This document shows positions 20,535 through 32,500 of a stretch of 64,000 nucleotides of DNA, one piece after another; the stretch's first letter is position 1, and every line of letters begins with the position of its first letter. Position numbers and translations under genes: made by a program. The notes under the pieces were generated by a model. It saw only the letters and a list, made by a program, of their open reading frames with translations, was not told where the DNA came from and made no database searches. Source of the stretch: a virus; IMG/VR virus record IMGVR_UViG_3300042546_000155. One strand, written 5' to 3'.

Positions 20535-23500
20535 TTATTTAGCTTTTAGCTCATCTAGCTCGGTCTTTAGTTCTTTGATTGCTTCAATTAGAAGCGGAAC
20601 AATACGATCATACTTGACTGCTTTGATTCCGTCTTCTCTAGTTGCAACAACTTCTGGAAGAACTGCTTCAATCTCTTGAGCGATAACACCAATATCATGC
20701 TTGCGAACAAAGTAATCATCTTCACCACCTTGGGCTTCAATGAAGGCGTCTGTCCAATCAAACTCAACACCATTGATCTTTTCGATCTTGGCAAGAGCAT
20801 TATCGATAGTCTTAACATTCTCCTTCAATGAAGCATCGGATGAATAGAATGCTGTAATATCGTTTGTTGCTCTAATCTGACCAGCAGTTCCAGAACCAGC
20901 GGTACCAACACCGATTGAGTTAAACTGTGAATTTTGAGTTGTGCTAGTAAATGTAACAGCCGATCCGTCAATACTAGTAATACCAGTTAGTGACTGTGCA
21001 GCCGAGGCTCTATTAAGAGCAATGGCGGTAGTACCAACATAAGTGGTTGCTCCTACAGCGGCAGCACCAATTTCGGCTAGTGACCATGAAACAGCAGCAG
21101 AACCATCCACGCTCTTTCCGGTTGAACCGATAGTGATTGTTCTGGCAGTTCCCCATGTAGCGGTAGTAATAGCAGCAGAACCGTTAAAGGCTGTACCGTT
21201 AATATTTCTTGCTGTTGTTAATGTAGCAGCCGATCCATCAATTGAAGTGATACCGGTTAGCGATTGTGCGGCTGATGCTCTATTGAGTGTGATGGCAGTA
21301 GTACCAACATAAGTAGTTGCTCCTACAGCGGCAGCACCAATTTCGGCCAATGACCAAGATACTGCGGCAGAACCATCAACAGACTTACCGGTCGATCCAA
21401 TTGTAATGGTTCTTGCAGTACCCCATGTGGCAGTAGTAATTGCTGCCGATCCATTGAATGCAGTACCGTTAATGTTTCTAGCGGTTGTTAGTGTAGCGGC
21501 TGAACCATCAATAGATGTAATACCAGTTAGTGACTGCGCTGCCGATGCTCTATTTAATACTATTGAAGTAGTACCAACATTGACAGTAGAATCGTTAGCG
21601 GCCACACCCATTTCGCTATGTGTCCAAGTATAGTTGCCTGAACCATCAACAGATTTTGCAGTATCGCCGAGGGTGATTGTTCTAGAAGTACCCCAAGTGG
21701 TAGTGGTGATATTACCCGTACCATTGAACGCTGTACCATTGATGTTTCTAGCGGTTGTCAATGATGCAGCGGAACCATCAATAGAGGTGATGCCGGTCAA
21801 TGACTGTGCTGCGGATGCTCTATTAAGTGTAATAGCGGTAGTACCAACATAAGTGGTTGCACCAACGGCTGCTGCACCAATTTCTGCTACTGTCCATGAT
21901 ACAGCGGCCGATCCATCGACAGACTTACCGGTCGATCCAATGGTGATTGTTCTAGCAGTACCCCATGTTGCGGTAGTAATAGCAGCAGTACCATCAAAAT
22001 TAGTACCATTGATGGCTCTTGCTGTAGTTAGTTTAGCAGCCGAACCATCAATGGAGGTGATACCAGTTAGTGACTGCGCTGCTGAGGCTCTATTCAATAC
22101 GATTGATGTAGTACCAACATTGACAGTGGCATCATTTGCAGCAACACCCATTTCAGATAGTGTCCAAGTATAGTTTCCTGAACCATTAACTGATTTGCCA
22201 GTATCACCAATTGTAATAGTTCTAGCAGTACCCCAATTGGCAGTGGTGATATCAGCAGAACCATTAAATGCAGTTCCGTTAATATTTCTTGCTGTTGTTA
22301 GTGTGCCTGCTGAACCAGTTGTGTTCTGATTTAGTGTCGGGAAGGTACAGTTTATTAATGTACCAGAAGATGGTGTGCCTAGCGCACCACCATTTGTAAC
22401 AAACGCACCGGCTGAGCCAACTGCGGTAGCTAGTGCAGTAGCAACACCGGTACCAAGTCCAGATACACCGGTAGAGATTGGAATAGATGCTGTAATATTA
22501 GATGCTGATGTAATTCTTCCATAAGCATCTACAGTGTATGATGGTATGGTTGAAGCTCCGCCGTATGTACCGGCAGCAACACCAGATGTTGCAAGATCAA
22601 CGAATACAAGTTCATTACTTGAGGCATCAACAACATTATTGGCCCAAATTCTAGTAGTGTTATTGCTTGTAACAGCAGCAATCTTAGTATTGGCCCAGTT
22701 ATTAGCAGCCGCAGCGACACCAATAACACCAATTTCAGATAGTGTCCAAGAAACATCGGCAGTGCCATTGAATGTCTTGCCAGTTGAACCAACAGTTAGG
22801 GTTCTGGCAGTTGTCAATGATCCAGCGGAACCAGTTGTGTTCTGGTTTAGAGTTGGGAAGGTACAGTTTCCTAGGTTACCACTTGATGGTGTACCGAGAG
22901 CACCACCATTGGTGACGAATGCTCCGGCAGTACCTACAGAGGTAGCTAGTGCAGTTGATACACCAGTTCCTAGTCCAGATACACCAGATGAGATTGGAAC
23001 AATCGATGTAACATTAGCTGATGATGTAATACGACCGTAAGCATCGACTGTAAATACTGGAGTAACAGTAGCACTACCATATGTGGTTGCTGTAACACCT
23101 GACTGAGCAAGGTCAATGAATACAAGTTCATTGCTTGATGCATCGGTGGTATTGTTAGCCCAAATTCTTGAGGTGCTATTACTTGTAACGGCACCAATCT
23201 TGGTATTAGCCCAGTTATTAGCACTGTTAGCCATTCTACCGGCTAGTGTATTGGCACTAACTGCGGTAAGCTGAATGCTTCCAGCGGCCCAAGCATTAGC
23301 ACTCTCAACATGGGTATTGGTTGCAATACCATAGTTGCCTGTACCGTCATTAAGTGTCCATCTGTTTAAGGTTTCGTTCCATAGAACAGAGACAGCATTT
23401 GAAGTTAGACCACGATTAACTTCGATACCAGCATCTTCTGTAGGAATAACAGAACCGAACCAGTCAGCGTTTAGAACAATGATATTATCGCCAACCATTA

Positions 23501-25682
23501 GTGTTTGTGTATTGGCGTATGTTGTCTGTCCAGCGATGACAAGGTTGCCAGTTACGGTAACATCGCCACTAATTGTACCACCTGACTTGGTGTAGAAAGT
23601 TGCACCAGCATGTGAGTTAATAGAGTTAGCCCATGCATTTGATGATGCGCCAACTGATATTGCATATGCATTACCGGCTGCTCCAACTGCTACAGTGTAT
23701 GAATTACCGGCTGCGTTAACAGCAAGCATATAACTATTACCAGATGATCCAACGGTGTTGGCCCAGGTATTTGATCTTGCTCCAATTGTATTAGCCCAGC
23801 CATTAGCGGCTGCAACCATAGATTCTGAAACTTGGTTCTGATTTAGAGTTAAGTTCTGAATCTGTGCGTAAATTGCTGAATTGACGGTGTTGGCCCAACC
23901 ATTAGATGCTGCACCAATTGATACTGAGTAGTTATTACCGGCAGTGCCTACTGTATTAGCCCAGCTATTAGATGCTGCACCAACGGCTACTGTATAAGAA
24001 TTACCAGCAGCACCAACGGCTACTGTATAAGCATTTCCTGCGGCTCCAACTGCTACAGTATAAGCATTACCTGATGCATTAACGGCAAGCATATATGTAT
24101 TGCCGGATGAACCGACTGACTGAGCATAAGCATTACCTGATGTACCTACAGTGTTGGCCCATGCATTTGATCTTGCACCAATTGTGTTTGACCAAGCATT
24201 AGCAGATGATCCGACAGCAATAGCATAATTATTACCAGCTGTTCCTACAGCAATAGCATATGCATTAGCAGATGATCCTACTGCTACAGTATAAGCATTG
24301 CCGGCAGCGCCAACAGCTATAGAGTATGCATTAGCAGATGATCCTACTGCTACTGTATAAGCATTTCCAGCGGCTCCAACGGCTACTGCATAAGAATTTC
24401 CTGCGGTTCCAACTGCTACTGTATAAGCATTACCAGCGGCTCCAACGGCTACAGAGTATGCATTTCCTGATGAGCCTACTGTATTAGACCAAGCGTTTCC
24501 TGATGCTCCGACTGCTACAGTGTAAGCATTACCTGATGTACCTACAGTATTAGCCCATGTATTGGATCTTGCACCAATTGTGTTTGACCAAGCATTACCA
24601 GCAGCGCCAACAGCTACAGTATAATTGTTTCCAGCTACGCCAACTGCTACAGTATATGAGTTACCTGATGTTCCTACTGTGTTTGACCATGCATTACTTG
24701 ATGCACCAACTGTATTTGACCATGCATTAGCAGAAGCACCGACAGTGTTAGACCAAGCATTGCCAGCAGCGCCGACTGCTACCGTATAAGTATTACCAGC
24801 GACACCTACAGCGACAGTGTATGAGTTACCAGCAGCACCAACGGCTACTGTGTATGAATTTCCTGATGCTCCGACTGCTACAGTATAAGCATTACCTGAT
24901 GTGCCTACTGTATTGGCCCAAGTATTTGATCTTGCGCCAATGGTATTGGCCCATGCATTTGCGGATGCGCCGACAGTGTTAGACCAAGCATTACCAGATG
25001 CTCCAACAAAATTAGTATAGACATTGCCTGCAACACCCACTGTATTAGACCAGGCATTGGCTGATGATCCAACAAATACTGTATAAGCATTTCCTGCAAC
25101 ACCTACTGTATTAGACCATGCATTACCAGCAGCACCAACGGCTACTGTGTATGAATTTCCTGAGCTACCGACTGTATTAGCCCATGTGTTTGATCTTGCA
25201 CCAATTGTATTGGCCCAAGCATTAGCAGATGCACCGACAGTATTCGACCATGCATTACCAGCAGCACCAACGGCTACTGTATATGAATTTCCTGAGCTAC
25301 CGACAGTATTTGACCAAGCGTTACCCGAATCGGCTACTCTATCGATATAAACATTGGCAGAAGAAGCTAGATTGTTTGCCCATGCATTGGCACTAATAGC
25401 AACGCTGTTTACCTTAATCATGGTAGCGTTTGCTAGAGTGAATGTATTACCTACGACACGAATACCAGCAACATTAGATGATACTGTGTCGAGAACATTC
25501 TGAGAGGGGATAACATCAATGTAAATGATTTCGCCTACATTGATTGAGGCCGTGGTTCGAACAGATAAACTGTTAGAACGAGTTTGGGCTGTATTACCAC
25601 TGTATGCGTAAATAATCTGATTTGTTTTGATGCGCCATTGATCAAATGTGTCAGTGAACGCTACGTTTGGTAAGTTGGCCAT
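20535..25682 (-). CDS. Long tail fibre (1715 aa) with C-terminal peptidase S74 chaperone
   Basis: N-terminus TDTFDQWRIKTN; long run of 11-aa repeats; five ~90-aa repeats; AFYSSDASLKENV...DIGVIAQEIE..LPEVV...VKYDRIVPLLIEAIKE. Confidence 0.85.
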   Translation of the reverse strand: MANLPNVAFTDTFDQWRIKTNQIIYAYSGNTAQTRSNSLSVRTTASINVGEIIYIDVIPSQNVLDTVSSNVAGIRVVGNTFTLANATMIKVNSVAISANAWANNLASSANVYIDRVADSGNAWSNTVGSSGNSYTVAVGAAGNAWSNTVGASANAWANTIGARSNTWANTVGSSGNSYTVAVGAAGNAWSNTVGVAGNAYTVFVGSSANAWSNTVGVAGNVYTNFVGASGNAWSNTVGASANAWANTIGARSNTWANTVGTSGNAYTVAVGASGNSYTVAVGAAGNSYTVAVGVAGNTYTVAVGAAGNAWSNTVGASANAWSNTVGASSNAWSNTVGTSGNSYTVAVGVAGNNYTVAVGAAGNAWSNTIGARSNTWANTVGTSGNAYTVAVGASGNAWSNTVGSSGNAYSVAVGAAGNAYTVAVGTAGNSYAVAVGAAGNAYTVAVGSSANAYSIAVGAAGNAYTVAVGSSANAYAIAVGTAGNNYAIAVGSSANAWSNTIGARSNAWANTVGTSGNAYAQSVGSSGNTYMLAVNASGNAYTVAVGAAGNAYTVAVGAAGNSYTVAVGAASNSWANTVGTAGNNYSVSIGAASNGWANTVNSAIYAQIQNLTLNQNQVSESMVAAANGWANTIGARSNTWANTVGSSGNSYMLAVNAAGNSYTVAVGAAGNAYAISVGASSNAWANSINSHAGATFYTKSGGTISGDVTVTGNLVIAGQTTYANTQTLMVGDNIIVLNADWFGSVIPTEDAGIEVNRGLTSNAVSVLWNETLNRWTLNDGTGNYGIATNTHVESANAWAAGSIQLTAVSANTLAGRMANSANNWANTKIGAVTSNSTSRIWANNTTDASSNELVFIDLAQSGVTATTYGSATVTPVFTVDAYGRITSSANVTSIVPISSGVSGLGTGVSTALATSVGTAGAFVTNGGALGTPSSGNLGNCTFPTLNQNTTGSAGSLTTARTLTVGSTGKTFNGTADVSWTLSEIGVIGVAAAANNWANTKIAAVTSNNTTRIWANNVVDASSNELVFVDLATSGVAAGTYGGASTIPSYTVDAYGRITSASNITASIPISTGVSGLGTGVATALATAVGSAGAFVTNGGALGTPSSGTLINCTFPTLNQNTTGSAGTLTTARNINGTAFNGSADITTANWGTARTITIGDTGKSVNGSGNYTWTLSEMGVAANDATVNVGTTSIVLNRASAAQSLTGITSIDGSAAKLTTARAINGTNFDGTAAITTATWGTARTITIGSTGKSVDGSAAVSWTVAEIGAAAVGATTYVGTTAITLNRASAAQSLTGITSIDGSAASLTTARNINGTAFNGTGNITTTTWGTSRTITLGDTAKSVDGSGNYTWTHSEMGVAANDSTVNVGTTSIVLNRASAAQSLTGITSIDGSAATLTTARNINGTAFNGSAAITTATWGTARTITIGSTGKSVDGSAAVSWSLAEIGAAAVGATTYVGTTAITLNRASAAQSLTGITSIDGSAATLTTARNINGTAFNGSAAITTATWGTARTITIGSTGKSVDGSAAVSWSLAEIGAAAVGATTYVGTTAIALNRASAAQSLTGITSIDGSAVTFTSTTQNSQFNSIGVGTAGSGTAGQIRATNDITAFYSSDASLKENVKTIDNALAKIEKINGVEFDWTDAFIEAQGGEDDYFVRKHDIGVIAQEIEAVLPEVVATREDGIKAVKYDRIVPLLIEAIKELKTELDELKAK
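20955..22310 (-). repeat. Five ~270-bp (~90-aa) tandem units in the fibre shaft
   Basis: TTARNINGTAFNGSA.ITTA.WGTARTITIG.TGKSVDGS...LNRASAAQSLTGITSIDGSAA repeated. Confidence 0.9.
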
Positions 25683-25889
25683 TTACTTTACGAGTCCCTT
25701 TAGTAATTCTTTAATTTCGTTTATGTCTTCTTTTACCGTCTTCATATCTTGCTGTAAAGTATCTACAGCCATCATTCTTTGCTTGTTTCGCTTGTATGCA
25801 TTTAAAGCATCGGTATCTCTATTTATAAGTATTCCTTCAGAGACTTTATAGAGACCCGGAACTTCTGTTTTCTGTTCTTTATTTGTCAT
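25683..25889 (-). CDS. Small conserved baseplate-region protein (68 aa)
   Basis: GLYK..EGILIN.D..AL..YK...LQQDM..VKEDINEIKELL; type usually found after VrlC-like genes in T4-like phages. Confidence 0.7.
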   Translation of the reverse strand: MTNKEQKTEVPGLYKVSEGILINRDTDALNAYKRNKQRMMAVDTLQQDMKTVKEDINEIKELLKGLVK

Positions 25890-26511
25890 TGTCTATGCAC
25901 CCGTGAAATTCTGCAACTTTGCTAAGTAGCTTCGCCCATTCTTCATCAACACCTTCGATGTTGGTTATCTGGCTAGGTGGTATAGCATACTCACCGAGAG
26001 TGATATGATGGTCGGTAATTACTATGTCAACATCAAAACCTAGAATAGCAACTGCTCGTCTAGTAACAATGTTGTTAGAGTTGATCTTAATGTTACCTGA
26101 TAAATCAGCATCGCCACAAACAATTGCTGAACCATATACTTGCGAATGGTTTCTCACCTTTGCATCTTCATAAACTTCGGCATCGCCGTAAATCATTGCA
26201 TTGTTACAAACTACTGCATTTCCATATACTTTAGAGTTACCTGATACTCTTGCACTGTTTGTAATAGTGGCATCGCCATATACTCTCGCCTTATCATATA
26301 CTCTTGCATTACCGGAAACAACAGCATTTCCATACACTCTTGCATCTTCGCCAATGAAACAATCTTCATCAACTTTGGCAGTGTTAGCAACCCATCCTTT
26401 TCCTTTTGGGTGTCGATGGGCTGCTACTAATCCGTTGCCATCTTTGAAATCAAATAGTGTTTCATCAATATCAATTTCAATCACTTCAACTTCACTCATA
26501 TTATTCTCCAA
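25879..26511 (-). CDS. Hexapeptide-repeat (left-handed beta-helix) protein
   Basis: ARVYGN/AVVSGN/ARVYDK/ARVYGD/ATITNS repeats after HRHPKGKGWV; GGAG SD. Confidence 0.8.
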   Translation of the reverse strand: MENNMSEVEVIEIDIDETLFDFKDGNGLVAAHRHPKGKGWVANTAKVDEDCFIGEDARVYGNAVVSGNARVYDKARVYGDATITNSARVSGNSKVYGNAVVCNNAMIYGDAEVYEDAKVRNHSQVYGSAIVCGDADLSGNIKINSNNIVTRRAVAILGFDVDIVITDHHITLGEYAIPPSQITNIEGVDEEWAKLLSKVAEFHGCIDNDK

Positions 26512-29500
26512 TTACATTTGCAATGCGATACATCTAATGTCGGCAACTCTTGGCACGATTGCTGTATCAGTTACGCCAGGATCTAGCAGTAGTCCAATCT
26601 TAATTGAGAACTGCTTGTAGCCTTCGAATATAGCACCAGTTGATGATGTATATGCGATTGCGCCGCCTGTGCCAGTCATGTTTGCACCAGGAATCTTATA
26701 CTGATATTCTTTCCAATCATTTCTGCTTGTTTCAGAAATTGTTGAGAAGTTAAATTCGCCAGTAAGTTTTTCTAGTTCAATCCAAGGTCTATCTTCAAAT
26801 GAAGTAGAATCTTCACGATGCTTGAACTTTACCCATACCTTAATATCAGTTCCTCTTGGACGAAATGCTGAGAGATAAATTCTCAAATCTTCTGCGTCTT
26901 GATCATCAGCTAGTGTTACGGTTTTTGAAATATACTTATTGAGCATATTTCCGCCGTCAGGACTTGTCTCATTTGTATAGTCACTACTAATGATATTATC
27001 AGTTGCGACAGCATTTGTTCCGTCGATGTTGATAATGGGCGAAATAACATTTGATGTGGTTGTCATAGAAATATGAACATTCATTGATCTATTGACACCA
27101 CGAAGTCTTTCATTTGAAATAGAAAGAACTGTTCTTTCGTTCAAATAGTTAAGCTGCTCACCAGGTGTCATTGCCTTTGTGTTTCTTGTAAAATCAGACT
27201 TTGATGTTGATTCAATCTGATAAGAAACAGATGTTCCATTAAACTTGATAACATCTGGGTCATAAGTTGCAGTAGAATAGTCAAAGTTGAGCAATTCATT
27301 GATAGTAGCATAGAATGTGGAATCACTAATGCTTCTAATTACCTGACCGACAACAAAGCCACCAGATGCACTTGAGAACTCTGCAATTGTTCCGGATTCA
27401 CCTGGTAGAGTGTAAACGCTAGTTAGTGTACCGAAGGCAACCTGAATGTTCTCTAGAACTCTAGTGAACTTAGCAGTATTGGCTGAATTGAATACATTAA
27501 CTGTTCCAGTTGAGAAGTTGGTGAAGCCAGTTAGTGTAACAACTTTTCCGCTAACAGATGCAACAGTACCTTGTGCAACAACGGTTGCACCGGACAACTT
27601 CTTAATGATATCGCCAGGAACAATGTTAGTTGTGCTATCTAGAACCAATCTATCAGGAATATGGAACATATCACCAAGAGCCGGTGTAAATTCTTTACTC
27701 ATCGAAACAAGTCTAAGCTTATCAATTGGCTTGTTACCTAGTGTTGCGGTACCAAGTGAGTTTCTAACGAACTCCGCTCGTCTTAATCTAATGGTCATAT
27801 CAACATCAGGTTCCATATCCCAGTTCATATTATTGTTTGTTGTGTAATATGTTCCTGTGTATGGACGGCTTGTTCTTCTAGCACCTGTATTAACATCAAC
27901 CTCGCCTAGTTTGGCTGTCCAGATATAAGTATCTGGATCGGCTGCGTCAGAGTGAACAACGAATGCATATTGTGTATCATTGAACAAGAAAAGAGGATGA
28001 TTAAAAGTTATTGTCAAGCCATTATCGATTCCGTTTGTAGAAATCGGGATCTCAATATTTTCAAAATGCTTTTCTGAACCAGGTACCTGATTTCTTGTAA
28101 TGCCGCCGCCAGAGTCAATTTCTCTAACTTCAAACCAAATACCTCTTGAGGTTGAAGTTGACTTTCTTCCCACGAAGATAGTTGCGCTTGTTAAGAACAT
28201 ACCTTCTTCGTTGTTTGGTGTTTTTGCCAAGAATGAATAGGCAGAGCAAGAGCCCATGAAAAGCCACCATGGGAATGGAGGAGGTGGTGGTGGATCTCTT
28301 GGAACTGTTTCGGAATCAAATGTTCTTCTCTGTTCATCGACAGGCTTGGTTACATTTTGAACTGTTGGAATCTTAATAACAGTTCTTTGTTTAATCATCT
28401 TTTGTCCAGCAGCCGTAAATGTTGCTGATGCGCCAGTAGTAATAGACTCTGATGGATCATCTAGACTTACGCCTGATTCAGAAATAATAACACGGCTATC
28501 ACCGATAATCATCTTTCTTTCACCAGTTCTAAACTGTCCCTGCTGTATTCTATAAGAGAAAAAGCACTTTCCATCTAGTCCAACAAAAATAGGTGTTCCT
28601 TCTGCCGGAAGATTACCTAAAGCAGCAGGAAGACTTGCTGTTACGAGGTTGTCAGTAATGTTAATGGATGAAATGAATACACCGTTAGCATCAACTGCCT
28701 GACTTAGTGCCTCACCTGGATTAACAGGACCTGATGAACCAAATCTATATGTGGTCAATGCTGTATTATACTGTGAGGCTGTTAGTGGGCGACAAGTATT
28801 AGATACAGGAATGTTATCAAAGTAAACCCAAATTCTTGCATTTGGTTTTAGATTTGATGCTTCACAGTAAATGACCTGAGGTCTGATATAAGGAACGATT
28901 TCAACGTCACGAACAGTAGCGTTCTGGACAATGAAAGAAGTCTGGTTGTTTCTTCCGTATTCGGTTCCTGTTCTATTCCAATCAATGTCAATAGCAATAT
29001 TAACAGATGAATTTGTGTTATACTGATCAGCAGTTCTTCTAGCTGTAGAGTAGTCGGTGCCTTGATAGACAATACCACCACCAGCAGGGTTACGAACGGT
29101 ATAAGTTCTGTTAGTTACATACCAATCATTCCATGTCGTGGAAATCTTAGTGTAAGTACCACCGAGATTTTGCTGTGTAACAAACTCTGGAGTTGTTAGA
29201 ACTTCGTCGGCTAGGAATGTTGTATCGGTCCAGATATCTCTATCGGGAGTTAGTTTCAACTGTCCCAAGAATAGATATGAGGCTCTTTCGAGATTTCTTT
29301 CAGATGTTGCGACATTCTGATTTAAAAATTGCATTTCAGAGTAGTTTAGAATAACCATTCTATCTCTAGCAACAACGCCCGATGATCTAATCAAATCGAA
29401 CATGAATGATTCTGAGGTATAGATTGGTCTATAGCTCTGTTCAACTGGATCTAGACACCACTGGCTTGATTTACCGTTGATGCTAAGTGTATCGTCTTTG

Positions 29501-32500
29501 AGTGAGTCAACAAAGATACCGTTTTTAAATCTATCAAGTCCGGCTTCGTCACGGACTGTTACGGTCGTTGCTGCCTTTTCAAGAGCATTCAATGTGGTGT
29601 AATATTCTAGATTCTCAATTCTATCTTGAAGAATACCAATATCACGCATCGTAAATCTATTGATCGCAGATGCCTTGGAGGCACATGATAAGTCTGATCT
29701 GCCCAGTCTATTACCGTAAGCTGGTGATAGTGATGGATAAGGAGGAATCTTCAATACAGATAGAGTCAACTTATCTGGATCAAACTTTGGTGTAATTGGT
29801 GTTAGTGATGGAACACCACCAACAACTGATAGTGATCCAGTCTTGTCTAGTGTAACAAGATCGATACGACCAAGATAGTTCTGAACATCAAATGTCAGAG
29901 GGTTCGATGGCATAGGAATCTTGATGCCCTGACTGACAAACTTAAATGTTGCCCAAGCAGCCTTAGGATATGTTGATATATATGCAATACCTGGATTTTC
30001 TGTTGCTGCTGATGGTAGAACCGCCGCAGTAGCAATGTTATTCTTGACAGGTCTAAAGTCTAGAACATTTCTTAGATCAATCAACTTACCGGTTGCAGTT
30101 CTGTATCTTGGAACATTCTCAGTTCTAATATTTGTCTCTGCATTGAATAGAGCATCATTGTCCTGAATAGGATAAGAATCGACAGAGAAGTAACCGCCAG
30201 TACCGGTAGCGGTATGATCAAAGTAATCCAACTCAATAAGAAGTCTATCGGTTGCTTCCATAGCTGATCTTGGTCTAATATAACCGTGATCATACATGTT
30301 ATCTGTCTGTCCATTGTTGAAAATGAACGAAGATGTGACATCTGTTCCGCCAGTATTAGATGTTGGGTAAGAACCTGAGCCTTTTCTGATAGATTTAATT
30401 CTATAGATATCACTGAAACCTAGATTGATAGGACCAGTTAGATTAGGTAGAGTTGATGCATTGATCTTAACATATCTATTGGTTCTAAGAACCTTTGACA
30501 TTTCACGAGCGGTAACTCTTGCTACTGGGAATGTAACAGCAGCGGCTACAGTTGATGAGAATGTTTCTTTAAGATCGATTGTCAATGATGATGGAGTTGT
30601 GGTAACTGATCTAACAGTGCCAGTATTAGCACCCTTAGTTGTTAGATCGATGATATCACCAACTAGATAAACCTTGGTTACTGTATTGCCTGCTAGTGCA
30701 GGAATACCTGGGCTGACGATCAAATCTCTGTTATTTGCAGATGCAGTTGTAACAGTATAAGTCAAACTGTTGCCAGAGAATCTAACCTTGTCACCAACAT
30801 TCAATGTTAGGAAGTTTGTGCTTAGATCACCAAGAAGTCTGGTTGCACCCACAGTTCCGGTTACAGTTCCTGGAAGGCTGAGGTTTGTATTGGCTTTCAA
30901 TACGAGTTTGATTTCTCTCTTATCAGCACTTGCAAGAGTTGTCGTACCATAAGGTAGAGTTTCAATACCTGATGGTATAGTAATTGACAGTAGACCAGTT
31001 GTATCAATAGCAACAGTGTTATCGATACCCTCAGTCTTTAAGAATGAGAATGATGTTGCAGATGTAGTTGGATCATCCTTATCTCTAACGCTCTTGGTTG
31101 ATAGTGAACCAGTATCGTAAAGAAGATATGAATCCTGTGCTTGTAGAACAAATGAACTGCCTACAATGTCTGCCTTAGCGCCAGTGGCAGGCATATAGAA
31201 CGATTGAACATTACCTGGACCATAACCAGAAACATATTGCACATCTGTTAGATAAAGATTATACTGAGCATCGTAGCCCTCTCTGCCATCAACATATTCT
31301 AGTGATAGAACTTTAGCATAACCAACTAGAGTTCCGGCAGCGGCACTAGTTGCTAATTTCTTATCAGTGATTGAGTTCTGTGCGGTATCATAAAGGTAAA
31401 TAACAGCACCCTTGTTCTGCTCCCACATACCGATAACTTCATTAACCACAACATATGAACCCATGGTTGTGGTAATGATATGAGTATCGCTGGCTACATC
31501 AAGACCTTTTCTTGTTACAAGTTCCTGTGTAGTTTCATAATTGATTTCATAACCTTTGACATATGCAGTACCGGCTGATACAGAAACGGCTAGAAGCTGG
31601 TTATTACCGTTATCGTAACGACCGAAATTACTGCCTGTATTGTCATGCTCTCTAATCTGAACGGCCATACCACCTACAAGATAGTTGCCCGATTCATCAA
31701 AGGTTCTCTTTGCCATTTCATCGGCAATAATATTGTATTCTGGTCTATCGTTTCTTTCCGTTACGATACCATTTTCAATTCTAACAAGAGAAATAAAGTC
31801 CTGCTGATCAATCTGATCTGTTAGATTATATGTGTATAGAGTTGGTGAGATAGAAAATCTATCAGCACCAGGTGCGGCATAGTTTGATGATTCAAGAGCA
31901 GGATCGAGTAGTGAAGTATCTTCCTCAGAACTTACAATCTCCTCTGATAGAAGCATACCTACAATCTTTGATGGGTTTCTATTGTATCTTTCAATAATGA
32001 TAGACTGCTTTGGAAACTTGATGAAATGGTTCTTAGCGAATATAACACCTTCTTCAATCTGAAATCTTGAACCGAAGCCAGTTGGACTAGAAGCAAGAGC
32101 AACGGCAGTTCCTACACTTGAATTAAGAACTTCGTTTGGCTGAAATACTTTAAGTGCTGAGTTGGTTGATGCTCTAGTGTAACGAACATAAAGAGTCTTG
32201 GTGTTAGTTGATGTTTGAACACCATCTAGAACATCAATAACAATTGCCTGAATACCAGTTGTGGCACCAGTTAGAACAACATTCTTAAAGTTATTGACAT
32301 TTACTGTATTGTTTAGAGTATTAAGGTCTTTGATCTTAACATAATCGACAGCCGAACCACCAGATGCGAAGCCTTCACTTGTCTGAACTGAGAACCCACC
32401 AGGAAGAACAATAGAACCCTCACGGAACATGTGACGACCGAACCGAGTAACCTGTTCTTGAAGGATAGTCTGTAGCTGTGTTAGCTCACGAGCCTGGACG

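Noticed and set aside
12772-23595. Numerous + strand ORFs (60-168 aa) opposite the fibre genes
   Set aside because: These are antisense shadows of Gly/Thr/Ala-rich codons, fully nested in real genes, with no recognisable motifs.
15670-25400. CRISPR array suggested by 33-bp periodicity
   Set aside because: The repeats are contiguous, in frame, vary at wobble positions and have no unique spacers; no cas operon is present.
11454-25682. Diversity-generating retroelement or invertible fibre switch
   Set aside because: No reverse transcriptase or invertase in the window. The repeats are direct, and the differences I inspected are not adenine-specific.
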